DNA from: Chrysomallon squamiferum
Taxonomy: Eukaryota; Animalia; Mollusca
Assembly (NCBI GenBank): GCA_012295275.1
Contig: CM022676.1
Location: 6,944,001-7,008,000 of the forward strand
Length of the DNA: 64,000 nt
Direction: 5' to 3'
Shown here: positions 11,574 through 23,713 of the stretch, in pieces
Position numbering within the stretch: position 1 is the stretch's first letter
How the letters are laid out: each line of letters opens with the position of its first letter
The notes under the pieces: generated by a model
Databases searched by the model: none
Told to the model about the DNA's origin: nothing
What the model saw: the letters and a program-made list of their open reading frames with translations, nothing else
Translations under genes and position numbers: made by a program

Positions 11574-11895
11574 TTTTAACTGTTTTTATGGCTGTCACAG
11601 AAATTGGTTAGTTGTGAAATTTGCATTTAAAAATAACAAAATAATATTCTTTTGGTGGGTGTAGGTACAAAGGTATGAAAACAAAATAATCTACAGTGTA
11701 TTCTGTTCATGTATAAATGATGAAACACTGATAAAATATTTTTATTGCCATGGTTTATTACTAGCCTAGAAACGGTATAGTGTACTTACTTTTTTTTTTT
11801 TTTTTTTTTTTTTAGGTCAGTTTAGGTTAAGGTTTTAATTTATTTTATTTTTATATTATTTTTCTTTTAAATTTAATTTATTTTTAATCTTTTAT

Positions 11896-11953
<58 letters not shown>

Positions 11954-12074
11954 TTATTTTGTTTTACAATTATGAATTTCATTTTTGGATATTTTACTTT
12001 CTTACCTATATTTGTAACGTGTAATTTACTTAGGTAATAATGTCTTGAATGTTTTTCTATTTTTAGAATGAAAG

Positions 12075-12199
12075 ATGAAGCGAGCAGTGTCGCCTGTTAC
12101 CATAGAAACAGAAGATGGTGTCACAGAAACGATTGAGATAATTCAGCAGGATGAAAAGAAAATGAGAACAGAAAATGATGAATTGATGATAGATGAAGG
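12075..12199 (+). CDS. GABPA: GABPA coding exon 1
   Basis: Acceptor tttttAG at 12066, ATG 12075 ([15 protein letters not shown]...), donor gg|GTtggt, phase 2 fits the next exon. Confidence 0.8.
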
Positions 12200-15100
12200 G
12201 TTGGTCACATTCTTACTTATCAGTCTCTCCCTTTTTTTTTTTTTTTTTTTATATAAATAACACAAATGAATATTCAAGCAAGAAAATAAAAAGTAATATT
12301 ATTGTAATTCATGTCAGTAATGAAAGTTAAAAATAGATAAATTACGAAACCATTTGTACTTTTGATAGATGTAAGGATACATGATCCAGGCAGGTTTATG
12401 TGTTTATGTATGTGTGTATGTCAGTGTGTGTGCATTTAATGCACGGGTTTCGAATATAGAATAGTAATACAAGTCTAGTAAATCATTTGCCTTCTAGAAT
12501 TTTCTTTTGATTTTTTTTTAATTTTTAAAAAAGATTTTGTCATGACTTCAAAATGAACAAGCCATAAAACTTTTTAAATTCAACGAATTGGCATATTATA
12601 TTACAGAAAAGTGTTAATTAAATTATATAGGTAGGTGTCAATAACCGTTTGTGATTTTTTTTTTTAGTTACAAAATGAATTGAGTATCTCTTCAGCTGAA
12701 TATAGAAAAATTTTATCATCAGAAGTAATTAACTGGCATAAATAATGTTTTGTAATGAAAAAAAAAAAGAAACATTCCAACGAGAGCATTTTGTGTAAAG
12801 ATAACAGTACAAAGGATTGATTTAAATTTCAGTAATAAAAAAATCCTGTCTGAATGGCATTTTGGGGGAATTTTCTTTTTAAACACTGAAATGCTTTGGA
12901 TACATTTTTTTTAATTATCAGTGTTAATTATCTATTAGTTTTTAATTAGTGTTAATTAAAACAGACAGCTAAAGTTACTGTTTATGAAAGAAGCAAGCAT
13001 TATCATTGTATATTAAGAAAGTGCTCATTTCTGTACAAAGTTACAAGTATACTTGATAAATCTATTTATGCTTATATCTTGGCCAAGCAAAATGTATTCA
13101 TTTATTATTGTGAATTACAGTTGCAGAAATTTTTAATAATTTAATTTTTTAATTTTTTTTTATTGCAAATTCAGAATATAAAATCAATGATTTGCTAATT
13201 TTCCTGTATATGTAAAAATGATTATTTTATTAAGTTACATGTTATTTTCTTTATTAATATGTTGTTTTTATTTATTTTTTTTTTTTTTTTGTAATTTTTT
13301 ATTTTATATAAATTATGTATAGATATACTGTTTGAAAAAAAAAAAAAAAAAAAGAAAAAAAAGATGAACAAAAATGTATTTTTTATTGATTTTTTTAAAG
13401 TTATATAATAATTATATTTTTAATAATAAATGTTATTACAGACAAGCTCAATAAAATCTCTAAATGAGCGCATCTTCTGGTTTTAGGGTCGTGTACGAGG
13501 AGGAGGTCATACAGCCACAGCAGCCCCCACCGCAGTACCAGAACCTCATAATACAGCACATGGACATAGCAGAGCCCCTGTCCACTCTGAAGAAACTTCT
13601 AGAAGTCAGATTGCAGTGTTGTCTCAGTGACCACTTGTTTTTTCTGCAGGACAGCATTCAGGTAAGTCCAGAGTTATGGTGAAAATTAATATAGATTTCA
13701 AATGTTAATAAAAACTGTTATTGATTTTATTATTTTTTTTGTTGATATAGTGCTATTTAATGTTAGTGTTACTAATTTTTATTATAGATTTTAATGTTAT
13801 TATTATTATGGATATAATTAAATATTATTTTTACAACTGTAGATATTTATTATTATTATTATTTTTTTTTTTTTTATGATTATTATTTTTTTTATTATCA
13901 TAATTGTTATTATTTATTACTAATGATTTTATTATTACTTGTTACAGCAGCTAATGATGAAATATTTTCAAATGATTGTTTAATATTTTCACTTGTATCT
14001 TGACAAAAATGAGTTTGGTTAACATTAAAATGCTCAACGATTTTTGTTACATATTTGGTTGTTCTTATATATATATGAAATCTAATAACAGCTAATATTG
14101 AAATATTCTGAAACAACAGTAAAATATTTTCAATTCTGGCCTGACAAAAACAAGATTTGTGTTGTTAATATATATTTAAATCTAATAACAGCTAATATTG
14201 AAATATTTTGAGATGGCAGTTAAACATTTTCAATTCTGGCCTGACAAAAATAAAATTTGTGTTGTTAATATATATTTAAATCTAATAACAGCTAATATTG
14301 AAATATTCTGAGATGACAGTTAAACATTTTCACTTGTAGCTGGATGAGAACAAGAGTCTGGTAGATCAGTGTGTACAAGGAGATGGGATGGTACAGATCA
14401 ACTTGGAAGTGAAATCACAGCCAGGTCAGTGGAAATTTTAGAATTCAGTCTTTTACACTTCATATAAACATGATAAAAGAATATTATTTAGCCAAGTTTA
14501 CATCAGTCCATGGCTTAAAAATAATCCTAAAAATTTTGTTGATGTAAATTACCATTATTTCAAAACTGAAAGATGTTTGACTAATGTCAAACTTACTTTG
14601 GGTGCATATGTATACTTCTAAGAGTTTATTTTATTTCTTCAATTATTATTTTACCTATTAAAAATGAAATAAAACAAAAGAAAAAAATTTAAAAAGGAAA
14701 TTAATCTGATGATCATGGTTCAGTTTTTATCTTTGTCTTCACAATTGATGTGGTGTTGCCAAATTGTTGCCGTTTTCTTTCCAATAACAATAAATGTGAT
14801 TCAGACAGTTTTGTTGGGTTTCAAATGATAATAAATCTGACTGTTTATCTTTTGTTTCCAAATTTTATTGAATCCGATTGTTTTGTTTTGTTTTGAAAGA
14901 AGATTAAAAAAAAAAATGACTGTATTTTTTTGTTTTTTTTCCAGTGATAATAAGTCTGATTATTTTTCTTTTGTTTCCAGTGATAATAAATCTGATTCAG
15001 TTTTTCTTTTGTTTCAAATGATAATAAGTCTGAGTGTTTGTTCTTTTGTTTCCAATGATAATAAATCTGACTTGTGTTGTAGCAGGCGTTCCTGCTAAAA

Positions 15101-15201
15101 TAAACATCCTCGACATCCTGAAGACAGCAGAGGAGCTGGAAGAAGAACAAACTTTAGAAGAGGGTAAAGAGATTTTGTTGTTGTTGTTGTTGTTGTTGTT
15201 G

Positions 15202-15268
<67 letters not shown>

Positions 15269-17500
15269 CATGGAATAGAAGAAGCAAATCCATCAGGTAA
15301 AGTACATGATTATACTATACGAAAAACTGTGTTCTTATCTCTTTGTAAGTTTGGGAATATTTGGCAAATACAAAATTTTAATTGTCCTGTTTGTAAAGGT
15401 TTTTTTTAATATTTTAATAGAGATGAAAATGTTATTAAATAGTGTCTTTTATGTTGTCTCTCCTACATTTATTTATTTATTTATTTTATTTTATTTTATT
15501 TATTATTTTTTTAAAATTTGTATTGTTTATTCAAACACATGTATTACTAGTCTGATGCAAGTAATTAGTATTATTAACATTTGTTAGTATTAAAACGATA
15601 TAAGTAATATTTTCATAAACATTAGTTATTGCTTCATCAATTTCTTTGACACAAGTAATTTATTTCTTCTTTTCAGTATATGCTATTATTAGAAGGCTAT
15701 AACTTTTTTTTTAACAATTGTTATTGCTTTGTCAGTTTCCCTGACATAAGTAATGTTGCTTTTCAGTATTTGTTAGAGGGATACAAGTAATTAATATTTT
15801 TAACATTTCAACTGTGATTTCCAGCTAGGACAGTGAATCCTCCAATAACAGCGACAAAGGAAGAACCAGACAATATCACTCGGTGGATTGTTGATCAGAA
15901 TTTCAGACGAGAACAGGAACGGCTGAAAATTCCTTATGGTAATTTTTACTCTTTATAAATCTCTTTGCCCTGACTGTACTAACCTTTACATACACAGTTC
16001 ACAGGGAATAGATATGCAATTCAACTTTCCTTGTGGCATGTTTGTCATTTATGAAACTCTGTGGTATGTGTTGTCCTGTATGTGCAAAGATTCATGGGAA
16101 CTGATAAATTGGTTTTTTTCCTTTGTGAGTGATTAACATCAATGAAATTGTCTTTGCCTGTGTTAATGTGTTGGTTTAATGTTTAATAGGTCTCTTTGCT
16201 ACACTTGATTATTTAAAGCTATTACATGTAGTTTCCTAATAAAAACTATTTTTTTCTTTGTTCCTTTAAAGTGACATCAATTTATTAAAGATCAAACTAA
16301 TGTTTTATTATTTAATATATACATATATACAGATCCTTTTCTGTGGACTAAAGTGCAAGTATATTATTTAATTATATCTATATTGTTTATTGTTTTTAGA
16401 TCCTTTTCTGTGGAGTGAGGTTCATGTAAAACACTGGATACAGTGGGCTATCAAAGAGTTTGATTTGCAGAATGTAATGATAGATAATTTCTCCATCACT
16501 GGCAAACAGCTATGTGAACTGACACACCCGGCTTTCATCAAACTCATTCCACACGACCCTGGGGACATCTTCTGGACCCACCTTGAGTTGCTGAGGAAAT
16601 GTAAATTTGTTGGTAAGTGAAAGAAATTTCATTGTTTGTTCCGTTAAAAGTTTTTGGAGAAGTCATTGAACTTAAATTATTGGCTGGCAAGATGTGGAGT
16701 TTGTTATTGTTTTTGAACTATGATTTTTAAAACATATTTTTTTTTTAAATTTAAATATTTTTATAAGATATAATTTTTAATCATTTTATTTGTATAGATA
16801 AATAATCAAAGTCTGATTTTTAATCATTATAATTTCGTTTTTTTTTTTTTTTTTCATTTTTTAACATTATAAATACTAATTAATTACTGTTAAGTAATTA
16901 GGCTTAAATACATTTAGAGAAAGAGAAAATTGACAGTTCTTAAACTGCAATTTTTAACCTTAGGTTTGTTGTAGATAAGTTTGGTTTTTATTCCAAGTTC
17001 ATGAAATGATATAATATTCAAGTTTTATGGCTATGTAATTATGCACATATCAAAGATATCAAAATGAAACTGAATATTTTATTTATGGAGGATGTGATCT
17101 TGTCATGTAGAGTTCTTACCATTTATCTGACATTATGTTAATATAGTTTTAAAATGTGAATGTCATCATTAAATAAAAATGTTCTTCTTTCCTTTTGTAG
17201 AAGTTTTAAATACTAGTAAAAATATTGACGAATTAAAATTCTTATTTCATTTTTGTGGAAGTTCTTATTTTTCAAAAATATTAATAAATTAAAAAGTGAT
17301 AATCATACTCTGATTTCATTGTTGAAGTAGGTTAACAGAAAGAAATTTAGCTCATTAAAAGATGTGTTAAAATAGTGTCTGTGAATTGTGATAGTTGTTT
17401 TGTTTTTCTACTTCAGCGGTTATGCAGCAGCCAACTCCCCAAGCCATTACAACTATAACTGTTTCTACATCTGATACAGAACGTATGTATTGTTGTTTTT

Positions 17501-17543
<43 letters not shown>

Positions 17544-19507
17544 TTATTTTATTTGTTTGTTTGTTTATTTACTATTACCATCATCATCATTATTATTATT
17601 ATTTTTAATTTAATTTTATTTTAACGTAATAAAATGTAAAAGTAACTTAATGTGTTAAAAGACAGAAATCTCATGATTATGTTTAATACAAATCCATAAA
17701 TCAGTTGTTATTGTTCATGATTACCTTTTATTTTTATTCGTGATTTAATTCATTTATGTAGTTATTTGAAGAATTGTTAAATTTTATTCTATGATTCGAA
17801 AAAAAAAAAAAATTTCTACATATTTTTTTTTAAGAAGTAAATAAAACATTTTCACAGTTGCTCTGGTTAGTGTTGAACAATCATTTCTTAAGTAAAAAAT
17901 AATGAGAAGTCTTTAAGATATATGACACACAGATACATACATATAAACACTGAGACACACACACACAAATTTTATATATTTATCAAAGTCCTTATTTTTT
18001 TTTTGATTATTATTTTAATTTTTATTTTCTTCTACAGATCGGCGAGGAACAAGTAAGTCATGGCGTCCACGATCTCCAAGAATAACTGGTGATGAGAGAC
18101 TGTCTCCTGGAAACAGAACAGGTCATTTTTTATTTATTTTTTATATAAAATGCATGAGCTAAACCTTCAGTGCCATGTTTTTTAAAAATATTTTTATCAT
18201 TTGCTATTTATCTTCAGTAAATGTTAATAATAAATTAATTACTATTATCATGGATAACATTTGTGAAATATGACTAACAACAGTAATATAGTCCATTTAA
18301 TTTCACTTTGAGAATAGATGATTTAAAAATTGAACTCTCTTGTTTCGTTTTTTTTTAAATACTTCAGGAAACAACGGTCAGATTCAGTTGTGGCAGTTTC
18401 TGCTAGAACTGCTGACAGACAAAGACTGCAGAGAGATCATCATGTGGGTGGGAGATGAGGGGGAGTTCAAACTGAACAACCCAGAAATGGTGGCACAGAT
18501 GTGGGGCCAGCGGAAGAACAAACCCACGATGAACTACGAGAAGCTGAGTCGAGCGTTGAGATACTACTACGATGGTGACATGATTGCAAAGGTAGGTAAC
18601 TCCGGGTTCGATATTGTGTGCTGCCCCAATGACGGTGAATTTTTTTTTTTTTTTTAGTTTTTACAGTGAAAGGTCAGAAACCCCAAAAAGTGCTGGGACC
18701 AAATAGAAGGTTTGGTTTGAAGAGGTGGTTGGTTTATTGAAGTTTTTAAAATAAAATTGCTTGATGAATTATGGGACTGTGTATATTGTTTAATGTTGAG
18801 GGGATTCCATTTTTAGTGAGGATCCGGATTTTAGAAGATGGGGTTTTTTTTGTTTTGTTTTGTTTTGTTTTTTTAATACATAATTAGATTATGCTTTGTT
18901 CTACCTACCCTGTATGTTAATTAATTAAAGTTCCTCTCTAATTTAAAACAAGCAGTTTTGTGTATTAAAGTAAAGTACAAAATTTTACTCTTTAATTTTG
19001 TTGCAGTTTTTTTACTATTAAGAAGTCAACAGATGACAATAATAATAATAATAATAATCAGAAATCAAGAAATGTGTGTTTAGATTATTCATAAAGATAC
19101 AGTATTTGATAGCATTTAATTCTCTAAGTGTGATTTGAACCTGTTTCTAGGTCATTTGTTGTTGATGGATACTAAAATAATAATAATAATCAGAAACCAA
19201 AAAAATGTGTTTAGATAATCCATAAAGGGATAGCTTTTGTGAAATATTCATTGCATTAAATTCACTAACTGTATTTTTGAGCCTGTTTCAAGGAGACTTG
19301 TTATTTCTGTTCCAGGTCCATGGCAAGCGCTTTGTTTACAAGTTTGTCTGTGATCTGAAGATGTTGCTAGGTTACAGTGCCGGAGAGTTGAACAGGCTTG
19401 TTTCAGAATGCGTTGATCGCAAACTGCACAGTTCAAGAGACAGTGTGAGGCAGATAGGACTTCGCAGAGTTGTTGAACAAAAAACACAGACTGTGCAAAC
19501 AATGTGA
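12075..19507 (+). CDS. GABPA: GA-binding protein alpha chain (ETS factor); join(12075..12199,13487..13661,14340..14424,15086..15163,15825..15938,16400..16612,17417..17482,18038..18121,18368..18591,19316..19507), 451 aa
   Basis: Ten GT-AG exons sum to 1356 nt with consistent phases. They encode the GABPA OST domain ([21 protein letters not shown]...[18 protein letters not shown]), the PNT domain ([14 protein letters not shown]...W...EF...G..LC.L...[12 protein letters not shown]) and the ETS domain ([26 protein letters not shown]...[56 protein letters not shown]). Confidence 0.97.
13487..13661 (+). CDS. GABPA: GABPA coding exon 2 (OST domain)
   Basis: ggttttAG acceptor; ...[35 protein letters not shown]|GTaagt. 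Confidence 0.92.
13940..14339. repeat. 100-bp tandem repeat abutting the acceptor of GABPA coding exon 3
   Basis: tctaataacagctaatattgaaatatt recurs at 14081, 14181 and 14281; an older copy lies near 13945-14020. Confidence 0.9.
14340..14424 (+). CDS. GABPA: GABPA coding exon 3
   Basis: [28 protein letters not shown]; cttgtAG / GTcagt. Confidence 0.92.
14770..15075. repeat. ~30-40-bp minisatellite abutting the acceptor of GABPA coding exon 4
   Basis: tttgtttcca(a/g)tgataataa(a/g)tctga repeated about 7-8 times. Confidence 0.85.
15086..15163 (+). CDS. GABPA: GABPA coding exon 4
   Basis: [26 protein letters not shown]; TAGCAG tandem acceptor (alternative start 15083); GTaaag. Confidence 0.88.
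15175..15268. repeat. (GTT)n microsatellite
   Basis: Direct inspection; source of the spurious polyQ/polyC ORFs. Confidence 0.95.
15825..15938 (+). CDS. GABPA: GABPA coding exon 5
   Basis: ...[21 protein letters not shown]; tttccAG / GTaatt. Confidence 0.92.
16400..16612 (+). CDS. GABPA: GABPA coding exon 6 (PNT/SAM domain)
   Basis: [21 protein letters not shown]...[16 protein letters not shown]; tttttAG / GTaagt. Confidence 0.95.
17105..17195 (+). mobile_element. SINE-like 3' tail fragment
   Basis: cttaccatttatctgacattat...aaaatgtg...cattaaataaaaatgttcttctttcc resembles, from memory, the tail of a gastropod SINE. Confidence 0.4.
17417..17482 (+). CDS. GABPA: GABPA coding exon 7
   Basis: [22 protein letters not shown]; cttcAG / GTatgt; phase 1-1. 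Confidence 0.85.
18038..18121 (+). CDS. GABPA: GABPA coding exon 8
   Basis: ...[16 protein letters not shown]; tctacAG / GTcatt. Confidence 0.92.
18368..18591 (+). CDS. GABPA: GABPA coding exon 9 (ETS domain)
   Basis: [16 protein letters not shown]...[11 protein letters not shown]; cttcAG / GTaggt. Confidence 0.97.
18662..18840. mobile_element. Possible Tc1/mariner-type MITE remnant
   Basis: Starts TACAGTGAAA (TA + CAGTG end); internal gggacc/gggact and ggttt repeats; right end not recognisable. Confidence 0.35.
19316..19507 (+). CDS. GABPA: GABPA terminal coding exon
   Basis: [32 protein letters not shown]...TM-TGA; ttccAG acceptor. Confidence 0.95.
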   Translation, partial: VHGKRFVYKFVCDLKMLLGYSAGELNRLVSECVDRKLHSSRDSVRQIGLRRVVEQKTQTVQTM

Positions 19508-21559
19508 CAGCTAGGTTGACATAGTAACAGACTTACAGACATGCATGTGAAAAGAAAATATTAAAAATTAAAAGACTATATAGAAGCAAAAAGGAAGAAG
19601 AAGACAAAAAAAAATATTCATTGTAAAAAAAAAAAAAAAAAATATCATTTGTTAAAAAAAGTAATCATCCAGTGTTTGGACAGGTGTGACAAAACAGGTG
19701 TAATTAATTCGTTATAATTATGCAATTACTGCAGTTAGATGTGACTAAGTAACGATGATGTGCTTGATTGATTAACAATAGCATGCTTGACTGATCAGAC
19801 ATTCACAGGATAATCATTACAGCTCTATCTAGGAGTATAAAAGCAGAATTTGAATTTTACGTTACATAAAATATTTTCAAGATTTCACTGTCACTGGTTC
19901 AGTTTTCATCATTATTTTGTGCAGAATGTTTTTTTTTATTTTTTTTTATTTTTTATTTTTTTTTTAAGCTTAATAGTATTAGGGTAATTTAAGAAAATAA
20001 ACTAAAAATATACATTTTTTTTTTTTTTTTTTTTTTTGACAAACTAAACTGTCTATGAATGAAAATATAACAATGGCAAGAAAAACACAAACATTAATGA
20101 TGAATATTAATGAAAAATTATTTCCAAGTATAAATTACATCTGTATATAATGTAAATACTTCCTTCATTAAAGTCACTAATATTAAAAGTCTTGGCACAA
20201 GACAACCTCACATTTGTGGATACCTGATGTTTAGAGGCACCTTTTGATCGAGCACCTGAATATACTGATTTGTGAGAGAAAAAATGTAGATCATGAAAAT
20301 CCAGGATCGTTACTTTCATTTCTACCTTTGTAATGTTTTGAGTAAATATAACAAGTTTTGTTTGTCTATGCATATTTAATTAGTAGCATGTTTCATTAAC
20401 AATGGTGATATTTCATTAAATCAGGGAGCCATTTTTTTATTATTATTATTATTATTATTTATTCAGTAAATTTCAATACTTCTACTAACACACTTGAAAG
20501 TTTGTTTGTTCTGAATGGTCAGTTAGCTTTGATTTCAGTCACCTTGGACTTAAAATGAATGACAGCTTGTTTTTCACTTCATCATTTTTTTTTTTATCAT
20601 CAACGTTTTGAAATAATGTGTCTGATCTTTCATTTTAATTGTTTTATTTGGATTTTTTAAATTATTTTTTTTTTTTTAAATTATTATCATTTTGTCTTCA
20701 TATAAAGTTTTTTTTTTTTTTAATGTTATTGTTTATTAATAATTATTTTATTTTATTTTGTATTTTTTTAATTATTACTATTATTATTATTTTTGTTGTT
20801 GTTGTTGTTTAATGACTTCATAAGTTCTTTTATTTTCAATTTTGTTTTCTCATTACAAGGGTTTCATTAACTCCATTTGTACTTTTCACAAAGCAATAAT
20901 TGTTCATACTTCTTTAGTGTTCATAAATTTAATAACATTGTCATTTCTTCGGTGCCATTCTTTGAAAGATTTTTGAAAACCTTTTACTTCCGTTCTGAAT
21001 TATTTGCTCATAAAAATGGCCTTGAATTTGCTTTCTTTTGACAGTTCATTTCCAAGTTAACTTTATTTGCATATATATATATATATATATATCTAAAAAT
21101 ATTAATTTTTGTTTTCATTCTGAAGTGGCTATCATCATCTAATAACAAACAATTTGAGCTTTTCAGAATTAGATAACACCCAGGCATTGCAATGGAATGA
21201 TAAAAAATTTTTAATAAACTGGAGATTCTGTTAAGATTCTGACTGTTCAAAACTCAGTGTAGAATAAGGAAGGTAAAAAATGTGACAACTCTAGACTGTC
21301 ACTAATGATATTTGAGAGCTTTCAGGGTAAAAGATACCAGATACACTAAAAAGAACAAGAGGTTTAGATAATCAAAGACAAATGGTCTTAAATGTTTACA
21401 CTAGTATACTTGAATTTGAAAGAAAGAGACAGAGATAATCTCAATAACGAAATACATTTTGAATGTAATAAATAATGTTAATGGTTTATAAGTTGTCAGT
21501 GAAAAAAAAAGGTGCTGGACATCATAACTGTAAAAGGTAGTGTTTCATTTAAATTGAAA

Positions 21560-21900
21560 TTTCTAGTTCTTATGAATGTAAAAGTCAGGTGATGTTGTAT
21601 ATCATGAATGTATCTGAGGTCTTATATCATGTAAAAGATAGTGCTTTGAAATATAAATGTAAAAATGGTCTCTAATATGATATCAGTGTAAAACAATTTT
21701 AGCACATTAGGTTTGTGAAATGGTCTTGCATATTATGAATGTAAAACAATCTTGCACATTAGATATGTAAAATGGTCTTGCATATTATGAATGTAAATGT
21801 CTTACACATTAGGAATATAAAATGGTCTTGCATAGTAAGAATAATAAAAGTTGGTGTGACGCATCATGAATGTAAAAACAGTCTAAATAAAGACAAAGAC
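21560..21900. repeat. ~26/53-bp minisatellite in the putative GABPA 3' UTR
   Basis: Alternating tggtcttgcatattatgaatgtaaa / tcttgcacattag units. Confidence 0.8.
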
Positions 21901-23437
21901 CATGTCTTGATGAACATGCAATAATTTTATTTTAATATTAGGATGTAAGGTGTAAATATTAAATAGTGTTCTTTTTCTTTCTTTTGCTTTATTTTTTTCA
22001 TCCTGTCTCTTTATAAAAAAAAAAGATATTATTAATATTTATTTATTTTTTAATTTTTTAATTATTAAATTATTTTATATTATTTATTTTTGTCATAATT
22101 TTTTTTTTTTAAATTGATTTACTTATTCTTTTTAAAAATTTAATTTGAAGAATTGGCATTAATAACGTTAATTTTGGAAGTTGTTGTTAAGATTAAATGA
22201 TGCTTGAAACAATCTTATCACGATCTGACAATGTATTTATTCTTACTTACTATAAATATTTGATTTCATATTACTAACAAGTCGAATCTTGTTTCTAAGG
22301 GCACATTCTGTGTAAACAACAGAAAATCTCTTGTAATATCTTTAATTTGACTAACATTAGTTTCTGTTGCTAAATTAAGACCAAGTAATCTTTGACATAC
22401 TATACAAATATTCAAGAACAGTTTGAAAACCATGGTATTATCAAGATATTGAAAAAATAATTGTCTATATTAGTATTATTAAATATTTGTTTTGACTATT
22501 CTAGCCAACTGAATCGATTTTAAATTTAAATATTAAATTAAAAATGTAAATTTTTCTTTCTTTTTTTCATTCTGTTATTTTTATTTTATATTTTTATTGT
22601 AATTTTTTTTTTTAAAATATCAAAATGTAACTTAGAGAAATGTACTGGAGAAAGTTTAAATGTTGTATATATTTAATTAGATGTATATTTGTAATATTAA
22701 CATGTACATATATAATGTGTATATTTATCTCTGTATATTTATATATGATGTGCATTCTGACGTGACAGGTTTTGTTACCTATTAAATTATATACCTGAGT
22801 AATGAAGATAGCAAAATTTTCTTAATCAATTCATTTTGTTAACTGACCTCACTGTTTTGTAAAGGAGAAATTTTCATTGATTGAAAATGTTAATCATTTT
22901 AAATTATATTTAATTAAATTAGTGCATATATATGTATCAAAATTATAGATTATTTACATTCATTAAGACACAAAGAAGAGAGAACAAAACAAAAATCCAT
23001 TTATTAGAATCCATATATATCCATAGCTTACAGATTATTTTTCTTTATTTTATCATTTCTTTTTTTTCTTTCAAAAAATTATAGAAATGTTGTGTTCTTC
23101 ATTTTTTTGAAAATAATTTTGTTAAGTTAAATTTAATGCAGTTTGGCTGTTTAATGCAATTTGTTTCAGAACATCAGTTCCAGAAAATACAGAATTTTCC
23201 ACTTTATTATTATTATTATTTTTATTATTATATCCTTGGTTTTGCAACTAACATACTTGTCTTCTCATTTTACATTAATTAATATTATTTTGTAATGAAT
23301 TATTATAATGAAACATTAATTTGAGTGACGTTTGCTTTTATTTTTTATCTGATTTGTAATGATTAATACATTTTATTCAGAATTTTATTGATATTCTATT
23401 CATTCTCTGCCATGACTATCCATTTAACAGTTACTGT

Positions 23438-23479
<42 letters not shown>

Positions 23480-23559
23480 ATAGGTTTCTGGTATTGGTCT
23501 CAAAAGATAATTCTCTAAATGTTAAATTTATGTTCCAGTCATTTTATGATTTGTGTATG

Positions 23560-23594
<35 letters not shown>

Positions 23595-23707
23595 TAAAGA
23601 AATTTCAAAGAATTGTGAGAATGACTTTCACTTGTTTAGAAAAGTAGATGTTATAATCCATTATTTATAACTTACATCGACATGTTTTTAAATTATAATG
23701 TTCTGTA

Positions 23708-23713
23708 AATAAA
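23708..23713 (+). terminator. Candidate distal polyadenylation signal of GABPA
   Basis: AATAAA followed by a GT/T-rich tract at ~23732-23750; coincides with the end of the CpG-depleted domain. Confidence 0.4.

Noticed and set aside
13442-13486. Alternative GABPA acceptor (ttacAG 13441) and ORF-track ATG at 13464
   Set aside because: The 13441 acceptor gives in-frame stops; the phase-compatible acceptor is 13486, so ATG 13464 is intronic.
14081-14339. Regularly spaced repeats reminiscent of a CRISPR array
   Set aside because: Head-to-tail tandem units without unique spacers, in a eukaryotic intron, with no cas genes.
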